64,000 bases of DNA from Spirogloea muscicola. Taxonomy: Eukaryota. Position numbers and translations under genes: made by a program. Below the pieces are notes generated by a model. It saw only the letters and a list, made by a program, of their open reading frames with translations. It made no database searches and was not told where the DNA came from. Below are positions 13,874 to 23,992 of the stretch, piece by piece (the stretch's first letter is position 1; each line of letters opens with the position of its first letter). The DNA lies in the NCBI GenBank assembly GCA_009602725.1, contig WELB01000013.1, positions 504,071 through 568,070 of the forward strand, given 5' to 3'.

Positions 13874-14794
13874 AAAGAATGGACAGCTGGACGAGCAGCA
13901 CTAGCTGCAATGGGGCTTCAGTGGAACAAAGCACCAACTTTGTCCATATAGAGAATGGCTTCGAATAGCTGCGGCCTGAATAGAACACTCAATGTCCAAA
14001 AGAGGTTGCCGCTACGAGAAGGACGCCGACAGGCAGAGACACAGAGGTGGCTCGACCTTTAGGCCTTTTTTGGTTTTGATTTGTGACATGAATGTCAGAA
14101 AAGAAGGCACTAGCAAAAGAGGAGAGACCTCTCCACAAGGATGACTATAGGAAGTTGGCCAGCTTATGGGGAGTAGCTCACGTAGGAGCAGGACGGCGCT
14201 AGCAGAAGAGAGCAATGCAGCTGACCAAGCAGCGGCTACCATGCGAGCTCAACATTCGAGCTCAACAGCTCAAAGTAGTGGTCTCCGAAGCAGTGCACGA
14301 AGCTCTTGCAGCGAGCCATTCCTTCAGCGACCACGTGCAGCACCAATAATGCACAACGTCAGGACTTGGTTACAGGAGTCGACATTCTCTCCTCCACCCG
14401 AAATTGAGCAATCCCATCGTAGTGGTATTGTACCTGCATTTTCTAGCAGGACATGTATGGGCACGGGTATCAATCTGACTTCGCGTTGAAGCTGCTGCGC
14501 TCCTGACAACGGTGGTCGACCATCAGGAATCATGGCTGTTCGCATGGATCCACCTCGTGACTCAGCAGAGTTAGCCTTAAGCAACAGCTGCATCAGGCTG
14601 GCATGATTCCGTGGAGAGACCTCTAATCTCTAAGAAACTGCTTGTGTAAGGGCGTCTATATCACCAAGCCAAGCGTGCGGTGATGTATACTCAAGGCAGT
14701 GAGTGGGGCCAAATGGCACAACACCAACAAATACAAACCATCTCAATCGGGGGGGCCATGTCTTTTGAAGGCATGCCCAACAATGAATGTTTAA

Positions 14795-14995
14795 CGGTCT
14801 GAAGGGGCCAGAAGGGGCCAGAAGAAAGAAGAAGCAAGCGCGGCCAGATTAACCGGTGGCTGGGAAGCAAGGGGTCCGAAGGTGGGAGAAGGAGCCCAGA
14901 CCCCCGGCCTCTCACATCCTTGCGGACTCGCGAGTGACGTTCCAGCCCCTTAGGACCTTGTCCATTCTCGTTTGGGTTGGCCTTTCACAGCCATC
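14795..14995. repeat. Cluster of CRE-associated hairpin units
   Basis: GCAAGCGCGGCCAGATTAACCGGTGGCTGGGA is the near reverse complement of ~49475-49505. GGACCTTGTCCATTCTCGTTTGGGTTGGCCTTTCACAGCC unit present. Confidence 0.65.
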
Positions 14996-16245
14996 GGTCC
15001 CTGATAAACACGTGTCTTCCAAAAACCAAGATCGCATGTGAGGTGAATGGTTGCATTCCCCGCTTGTCTTGTAACCCGGTTTGCCCTGAGTTTTGACCGT
15101 GTGGCTAGATCAGGCTGATATACCCTTTCCCTTATGTTGTGGCTGGCGTCCAAGACCTTGTTAAGCTGGTCTTTTCACATGCTTCTGACCAAGAAGTGCC
15201 TTCTTTTCCACTGTGCAGGGCTTCTTCGCAACCCTGCAGGAGAGGAGAGTTACATTGGGTGTGACTGACTGTCAGCTATTTCTTACAAGCTTGGAGGAGG
15301 TGTTTCTGAAGATAGCCCAGGAAGCTGAATTCGATCGGAGAACACACCATCCAAGTCCTGCTTCGAGGATTTCCACATAATTGAGATCACCACTTTGCAA
15401 CGACGTGATGCACGCACACCTTGCATCACCAAGGCAGTGCAGTAAGTGAATGCAAGAGTAGGATGAGTGCAAGATGTAGATAACTATGTACATCTAATAA
15501 AGAAACTATATGACTATATGTTTGGATTGCTTCGCCTTAATCTCTGCTTCCTCTTTAAACAGCTGCCTCCGGTATTTTTGCCGTGCCTTTGCCTGCAGGT
15601 TCCATTGGGATGCCGTCTGGTTGCCTTCCCAGTTTCAATATCACCAGGAAACCCGGCTGGTTTGATGGTTGAGGTATTCTGGACGCAGGGTACGGATGGC
15701 CAAATCTCAGTATAGCCTCCCATCTCTTCAACAATGCCCTATAGAGCCCATGGCATGGCATCTCCCCTACCAGTTGCAGCTCCTGTCAGTTAGGAAGGGA
15801 GCTGTTCCAGCTCACGAATGAAATGCTAGACAATGTGCCAAGACGAGCTTGTCTGATTTTTTGTAATTATTTGTACAACTATCATTCTTACACTTGCCCT
15901 CGGCAAGGTGGGGATGAGCATGCGCAGTGTCCAGTGCTTGTATGTCTTCAGCGACTTGAGGTGCTCTGCAAGGTGAAATGAAGACCAAGCATGACCACGT
16001 GGCCAGCAAATCGACATTGTAGAACAGGATTGGGGCTTGGCAATGGCGACCACCGAGACTTGTTTGCTGGAGACTTGCACACGCAGTAAACACCTTCTTA
16101 TTGCATACGGCCAGTACTTTGTTGCAGCTTGTCAAAGCATCACAAATCAACAACGTAACAGTGCAACCAGGAAACTGCGCATTTAGCTGCTTCAGAAGCA
16201 CCTAGTCATACTTAATGAGAATTGGCTGTGGACGTAGGTGGAATC

Positions 16246-16475
16246 CCCCTAGGCTTACCTGCAAGATAGCGGTGACGGCCCGCCGGTAAGGCCCGAGCCC
16301 GTGCTCCGAGGCGCGCCGGGGGCTTACCCGGAGCGCATCCCGCTAACCCGCCGTCATGGCCACGCGGCGGGCGCGCGGACGACGTGGTAACCGGGGGCTC
16401 TCTCGAGCCGCCACGTGGCATGTACCAGCCTGACGCGGGCGAGGCACGCGGGTGTCGCCAGGTGACGCTGACGCC
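16246..16475. repeat. Diverged direct repeat, copy 2 (copy 1 at ~11489-11725)
   Basis: Same conserved blocks as copy 1, in the same orientation. Confidence 0.8.
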
Positions 16476-16744
16476 AATGATGACGCTGGGTCTGCAGCTC
16501 CTCCCTCGTGGGGCGGGGGTTTGAGGTTCCGGGGCAGGTGCTCGCCCGAGCCCTAATCCTAATATCGGATTCCTGTGGCTCCGCTAAAATATCATGGACA
16601 GCCCATCCGTAAGCACCTGGCTGGCCTTTACAGCCGCTGATTTAATCACCATATCCGCCATTCTTTTCTTCCAGCCCCGAGCCCCCCGGACCCTTGGCCG
16701 CAGCCTCCGCGACCTGCGGCGGTGGCCGCGGCGCGCGGCGCGGC

Positions 16745-19700
16745 ATGGGTAAGGCGCCCAAGGGCACGCGCAAGTTCGTGCGCAAGCACCTGGCCGGCGA
16801 GCTCGCGGCGCGCCGCCGCCACAAGCAGATCCGCGCGCAGCGCCGCCGGGCCCCGCCCGCCGCCGCGCGCGACGGTCTGGCGGCTCGAACCCCCGACCTC
16901 TCATTCTCCGCGGCTGAATGGACTGCTAGAGCTTTGGATATCGGCCAGAAGCCTGGTGGATGCTCGCAGTGGCTGCTGCGCAAGCCGCCATGAGCTCGAA
17001 GCTTGTGAGATGGCGAGCCGAGTCTGAGCTTCCGGCGGCGGCGCGCTGCAGGTGGCCATGGAGCCCCGGCGGCCGTTAAGGCGGTGGTTGCCGTCCCCCG
17101 CGCCTCAAAGCCAGCTGGCTCGAGGAAGTAAGCGTCGGAGGCGGCGGCGGCGATGGCGGTAGTGGCGGCAGGCCATGCTGAGCCGCCCCGAGATGGACTC
17201 TGGGTTGCGGCTCTCATGGCTGCCCGCGCGGTTGTGCAATGCGGCAGGGCTGTGGAGGACATGACGGTGGAGGAGCTCATGGACGGGACTCTGCTGGACG
17301 ACGACGACGACGAGGAGCATGGCGACGGCGACGTCGGCGAGGGCGAAGGCGACGGCGTCGCCGATGTAGAGGAGGAGTTGGAGGACTTGGATGACGGTGG
17401 CGACGAGAGCGAGGGCGGCAGTGAGGGCGACGGCGGAGTGGAAGAGGACGACGACGAGCTTGACGACGACGCGGCGGCGGGGAGCGACGGCGCGGCGGAG
17501 GAGGACAACGTGGTCGACATCACGCCACCGGGGCTGGCGGAGGACGGTGGGGCTCCGCTGGTCCCTCAGCCTTCTTGACTGGCGCCACCTTGCATGACTT
17601 ATCTCATGCACCGCTTGCATGTTGCTGGTGGAGTCTGACAGCAGCGTGCATGCGACTTTTGCGTGCTCTTGAAACAGCAGATCAAGAGGACAAGGACGTG
17701 GGCGCCACCGGCAGCGCTGTGGAGGCTGAGAACCACAGGCTGCGGTCGGAGATTGAGCGGCACCGCGAGGAGCTGGAGGCACTCCGAGCCAAGGTCTCTC
17801 ACCCTGCACTTGCAACCTACAGCAACCAACAACCCTAATTCCCGTAGTTAGCCCCAATCAGCATTTCTGATGCTGCACCTTTATCTCTCAAGTCAAACCC
17901 TATGTCAATCAAAACTCTTGACCCAAGATTGCAGCGACACAGGCACGCTGCACATGAGTGAATGTGCAATGGTAAGCATTCATGTGTGCAGGACCCAGAA
18001 TTCTTCGCGTACCTCCAGGAGAATGATGCTGAGCTGCTTGACTTTGAGGACGAGGGCGGAGACGGCGCTGAGGACGAAGGTGGAGACGGCGATGAGCAAG
18101 TGTGGGACCTACTCGTTGGGTTATGATCTGACTTATTTAACGCCTTTTATCTCGTTCCGTGTGTCGTCTCTGGCAGATGGTAAAGGACACTTGCACCACA
18201 GGAGCTTCTCTGCCCCAGTGTTGAGATTTATTTGCTGCAGGGCTCGTAAACCAGTCAGTGGTGCACATCTGATCTCATCCTCCAGCATTGCCAGGGCGGA
18301 ACTGGAGACGATGGCGAGGAGGACGCACCGGAACGTCATGCAAGCAATGAGGAGGGCGAGGATGGCGAGGAGGATGGGGAGGGAAGCGGGCGGGCGCAGG
18401 CGGCGGGTGACAAGGAGGTGTTGACATCGGCCAAGGTGGATGCATGGTGCGCGGCTGCGGTGGCGCCACAACGCTCAGCCGGCGCGGCGCGATCGCTGCT
18501 AAGGGCATTCCGGGCGGCATGCCACTATGGCGACAGCGAGGAGGATGCAGGCTCACCATTCAACATCGCGAGCAGCCATGTGTTCAACAAGGTTATGCTG
18601 TTTGTGCTGCGCGAGATGGATGGGATCCTGCAGGCGATGCTGGGGCCCATGGAGGGCGAGAGCACCATCACAGGTGCTGCCCAAAGCTCCCTAAACTTAC
18701 TGCACTTTGTCTGATCATCAAGAATTGGCCTTTCTTTAGGGTTTAAACCTTAAGTGTTAGGGTGTTTAGGCTGTAGGGTGTTAGGTTATAGGGTTATAGG
18801 GTCTAAGGTGTAGGGGTTTATTTATGGTTGATAGGTCAGGGCTCTCTAATCAGGGTTTAGGGCTCTCTCATCAGGGCTCGCTAATCCGGATATACGTTGT
18901 CGTTACAAGCACCCCTTTTGCCCCCCCCAACTTTGTGCTGAGTCCAGGTTCAGAAGCCTCAGCTCACAATGCAATTTCGAATGACACATACACACTGAAT
19001 GGAAGCACTAAGTATGTACCAATGAGTGCACAATGTCCTCCTGGTCCGCAGAGAGGCAGTACATTGCTCGCTACAACAACTGCTCATGTGGCAATCGCTT
19101 AGTACATGACTCACTTGACTCAGCAGGCAGCTTATATTAGTAATGTAGCTCGTACCAGAAGCCAGAAACCAAGACTGAAGCGTCCAAGAAGGTTGGAAAG
19201 CAAAACTCTGAGTTGGGGGGATGCGAGGGTCTGCTGCAGGCTCCAAGAAGAAGCGGAGGGACAAGTCGAGGAGGCAGGGGCGTGGTAGCGCCGAGGCAAG
19301 CCGCAGCAGCGGCGTTGAGACGAGCGCACGGTGGCACCGCGTCGAGCCGCTGGCTCGCTCGTACCTCGGCAACGCGCTCCACATCCTCGGCCAGATGACC
19401 GACACTGTGATGATCGGCTTCACGCTGCGGCGGCTCACCGCCAGCGTCGCCTTCCTGGGGCCCTTCCCCAAGCTCGCCCGCAAGCTCCTCAAGGTCCTCA
19501 CATGCTTTGATGCATGTTGCTCACTGTGGATGCTGGTCAGCTGTGATTCTGCAACTCTTGCCTCTTACAAGCTGCTCCTCACTGCCTTTGCAGTTGGTGC
19601 TGCACTTCTGGGCCTCTGGTGAGGGTGCGCTGCCGGTGCTCTCCATCCTGTTCATCCGCCAGCTTGCTGTCCAGCTCCCAGAGCAGTACCTCGACACCGC

Positions 19701-22406
19701 GCTCAGGGGCGCATACAAGACCTTTGCTGGGCATGCCAAGTTTGTCAATGCTTCCACTCTGCCAAGGATCGAGTTCATGACAACATGCCTGGTGGAACTG
19801 TATGGCCTCGACCGGGAGATGTCGTACCAGCACGCCTTTGTGCATGTGCGCCAGCTCGCGATGATCCTCCGAAATGCGCTGACAATGAAGACCAAGGTTG
19901 GGCCTGCTGAGCACAGCCTGGACCCTTGGACCTCCGATTATGTGCAGCTGCCATTGTTCACCTTAGAGTTGCAGGAGTTCGCTTCAACCCTTGCTTATGG
20001 GTTCCAGTTCATGTGCTTATCAGCAAAGCGCATGGTCTTCATGCATTCCCTTCATTCCTTCTACTCCCTCGACTGTGTTTCTGAGCCCCGTGTCTGCCTT
20101 TGGATCCTTCCTTATTCACTGCTTCTATCTTAATGGCAGGATGCATACAAGAGCGTATACAACTGGCAGTACCTCAACTGCCTTTCAGCATGGACCCAGG
20201 TCCTAAGAGCGCACGGGCGGCCGGCCCCCAAGAATGCTGGCGGCCAGCTGGGGCCAGCAGCATCATTGGCGCCGCTGGTCTATCCACTGAGCCAGATCAT
20301 CACGGGCGTGGCAAAGCTTGTCCCCACAGCACGCTACTTCCCTCTCCGGCTTGCTGCTGTCCGGCTCCTCAACGGCCTGGCAGAGAGCTCCGGGCAGCTT
20401 GTCCCTGTTGCACCGCTCCTCCTGGATGTTCTTCAGGCCAAGGAGCTCTCAAGGACCCTCACTGGCGGCGCAGGAAAGGCCATGGACTTGTATGTTGTCT
20501 TAAGGGTAAGTTGCCCGATTGCCCACTCGTGTACTTCAACAAGTGTGAGGGGTTGCCTTCTCAATGTCTCCTTCATATGTATGTAGAACAAGCTTGCACA
20601 TTGTCATAAAATATGGTGGACTTTATCTGATTGCGTAGGTAGCACGCTATGTCATCACAGTCCTTAGGATGTCAGGGGCACTTTCCGCGTTCGTCCAGGT
20701 GTCGAAGCAGGTGCTGCGCACGAGGGCGTACCAGGAGGACTGCGTGGCAACCTCCTTGGAGCTCCTCGCTGCTCACCTTGCACAATGGGCGTACTCCATT
20801 GCATTTCCTGAGCTTGCCCTGGTGCCACTCATCTCGCTGCGGCGCTTCATGAAGGGGACAACTGTGGACCGCTTCCGGCGCCAGGCTAAGCAGCTCATTG
20901 ATCATGTAAATGTCAAGTCATCTGCGCTTGCAGATAATTTGCAGTCATCTTGCGAGCCTGTAAGTAGGATGTGTCCCTCAAGTCACACCTGACTGATGAG
21001 GTCCTCTGTCCTCCTGCCCTCAGCTAGAGAGGAACATCGAGATGGTAGAAAGGAAACGGAGCGGGGTGAGCTTCGGTCCCAAGGACTTGGCATCTGCCAA
21101 GGCCTTTCTGCAGGCAAGCTACTTGGTCAAACAAGGGCACAAGTTGCTGTCAAGAGGAACTTGGTGGTTGTGCATCCGAGCAAGATTTAGTCTTATGATG
21201 CATACAAGAGGGTCTTACTCCTTTCCTCGCACGGTGATTTTGGTGTTTGGGTACAGTATACTGTGGCCTTGAAGATGTAAATGTTTCTACTGATGCAACT
21301 TGATGCAGGATGAGCGCGACAAGGGAAGGAGCACCCTGCTCATCTACGCCACGCAGCTGAAGGAGCAAGCGCAGCGGCGGCGCTCCAGCCTCTCATCTTC
21401 CAGGTCGGATGATCATCCTGCTCGGTCATCTCCCAAGGTCTTGTAAAATTTCAGAGAGAGAAGGTTGAACGAGCAAAAGCGAAGGAGCTACGTTAAAGAG
21501 GTTGCTCGAGTCGAAGGTTTGGCAGTTTCTCCTGTGTGTTCCTTACGTGAGTAGGGCAGCAGAAGCTCAAGCGGCGATTACAATATAAATTGTCCTCAGC
21601 CAGTCTTTGAATATGCTGAAGGATGGGCACCGTTTGTCCAACATTGGGACTTTCTCAGTGTGGAGGTCGGAGGCGAGAAGCGGCACACAAAAGCTCAACT
21701 GCAAGCTACGAAAGCGGACGAATCACTCGACAGGCAGCCGGCGGAAAGGGAGACCGTTTCTATTGATATGGAGGACACGGAGGGCCAGGCGGCGTTCAGC
21801 ACAGAGTGGCTTCCTCAGAAGGAGTGAGTTAAATCATTGCTATCTGCGCAAGCCCGAGAATTCGGTGCATGGGGAGGGCCGTGACTTTGAAGTACATTCA
21901 ATCATAGCCCTGTTCTACATCTGTACTCTTAAGTCTTGTGAGGACAACGATTAGGCATGCTCGTGAGGGCTCTTTCGGCCTGGGTTGCTGAGACGGCAGA
22001 GGTCCAAAGTTACTGCTTGCACGTGTGCCGTGGCAGGGCCAAGCAGAAGACTGCAAGCGATGGCAGGCATGCGGTGTCTGAGGACGAGGATGTGGTGGAA
22101 GCCCTTGTACTCTCTGACGACGAGGAGGACGAGGAAGAGCAGGATGCAGATGGTGTCGAGGGTGGAGGCAAGGAGCCCGAGGACGAGAACAAGGGAAGGC
22201 GAGAAGGCAGGAGACCTGCCCACGCCCAAGGCTTGTCCAATGGCTCTGCCGGCAGGTCTCGTGGCAGTCGGGGCGGCAGAGGCACGAAGCGAAAGCGCGG
22301 GGGGGCTGGTGATCGGGGGCTGAGACGGGGAGGAGGCGGTGGCAGCAGGGGCAGAGGGCGGGGAGGGGCCCGCGGCAGGACTGACAAGCGTAGCAGGCGT
22401 GACTGA
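16745..22406 (+). CDS. NOC2: Nucleolar complex protein 2 homolog (60S biogenesis), multi-exon
   Basis: MGKAPKGTRKFVRKHL N-terminus; HREELEALRAK|DPEFFAYLQENDAELLDF; LLRAFRAACH; SYQHAFVHVRQLAMILRNA; SVYNWQYLNCL; LVYPLSQI...PTARYFPLR; WAYSIAFPEL; acidic and Arg/Gly-rich tails. Confidence 0.92.
18735..18862 (+). repeat. Degenerate interstitial telomere-like (TTTAGGG) array in a NOC2 intron
   Basis: tttaggg, gttaggg, tgtaggg, tataggg x2, gtagggg and tttaggg variants in near-tandem. Confidence 0.75.
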
Positions 22407-22541
22407 TCTCTGTAGTGGGCATTCATAGAGACTGGAATGGCAATTGAGCAACGAATAGTTGGTTACAGTAATGGCTGGCCAAATGTCACATCGCATGACA
22501 AGATGCCCAAGCAGAACAACTTGTGCACCAATTGTTGATGG

Positions 22542-23985
22542 TCATCCAAACTCGTCGCTGTCGGAGCTGGATTCTTGATCTTGCAGCTGGCTGTGCGGGC
22601 CTCTGGATCGATTGCAGTTGGCCTCTAACGGCGGAAGGTCGTCCTCTTCATCTTCTTCCTCCTCCACCTCATCCTCGCACCCCTTCTCGTGCTCGGCTCT
22701 GGTGGAACCCAAACAATGGCCATTTGCGGCACTGTGCCGCTTGCAGCTCACCACTTGAGGCTGCACTGCATCCGAAACATCCGCTCTGCTAGTCGTCGCA
22801 GCCTGGCCTTCTGCCGCTTTTGACTTATTCAGAGGCTCCTGAGAAGCAAGTGTAGCCTGCTCATCGGCCTGGGAGCCGGCCTCCTCCAAGAACACTGGCG
22901 GCATTGGGGGGCTGGCAAAGGCCGCAGGCCTGCACAACTCAAGGCAATCTAGCAGCCCTCAACGCACTTCCACAATCAGCCGTCCATTCTAGCAAACCTG
23001 CCCATTAACTTTTGTTGAGCCTAAATGATAACCCAGACATAGTAACAATACCCTAAGCAATGGCAAGTGTGAAGCAGAGAGCTTCCTCCTCCACTGGCCT
23101 TGGAGCAGTGGAAATGTGGGGAGTTGGGGCCAACCAGAGCTGGGCTGCTCGGAGCCAGCGCACGTGGTCACTGTAAAGGACGTGCATGATTGTGCCTGTG
23201 ACCTTGCCACCGGCTGCCTCCACACGGTCACGCTCTCCGACATCCACGATCACATAGTTGCCTGCGGGCAAGCTCCGAGCAGGAAGTGAGTTTTGACCAA
23301 TATGGAGAAAGGATGCAGTATCGGGGAAGGATGCGCCAGCCGGCCTGACAGCCAGCAGCGCACTACTGGAGTAGCTGGGGCTCAGGGGGATTCCGTGTGG
23401 GCGGTGCTGCGGCTACCCCCATCAGGGGAAAGTCGTTCCAGCCGGGCTGCAGGCGCATGGCGCTCTTGGGTTCGTGGGCTGGGGCGGGGTGATCTGGTGG
23501 TTTTGCCAGGCCCAGCTACAGGAAGTGGATAGAGGAAGCAGGCTTCTGTGATGTGATGTGGAGGATTTGGAGTAATGGGTTCAGTGTTGAACGGCGCGAG
23601 GGTCTGAGCACTCAGCGGATGAGGAGGGGTTCTATGATTCAGTGTCGAGGGCCGGAGCTCGGCGCACGCACCACGCTTGAGCCAGAGGAGCTTGCGAAAC
23701 TTGGCCGGCAGCAGCGCGAGCGTGGTGCGGCCGTCTGCACCCTCCACCTGCGCCCCGCGGCAGTTCAGGGTTTAAGGTTCAGGGTTTGAGGAGTTAGGGT
23801 TTAGGGGCGGCAGGGACGCATCGGGACGCCGGCGAGCGCGGAGGCTGGCCTGCGACGGCGGCGGCGGCGGCAGAGGGGCGCGAGGTGGGGACCTCGACGA
23901 GGTTGCCGCCGCGCGGCGCGGCGATGCGCATGACCGCCTCGCCGGGCNCGCCGGCGCCGCCGCGCGGCCCCTCGGCTGCGCGGGT
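22542..23985 (-). CDS. EIF1AD: eIF1A-domain (S1-like) RNA-binding protein EIF1AD-like; start codon not found
   Basis: GEAVMRIAAPRGGNLVEV|EGADGRTTLALLPAKFRKLLWLKRG|NYVIVDVG...KVTGTIMHVLYSDHVRWLR...W and C-terminal EDDLPPLEANCNR. Confidence 0.85.
23763..23806 (-). repeat. Telo-box-like (AAACCCT) short array in an EIF1AD intron
   Basis: Minus strand reads cctaaaccctaactcctcaaaccctgaaccttaaaccctgaac. Confidence 0.65.
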
Positions 23986-23992
23986 CTTGGAG

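Noticed and set aside
18921..19220. Possible MITE with CCCCCCAACT / AGTTGGGGGG ends
   Set aside because: Only a 10-bp low-complexity match; no TSD or second copy seen.
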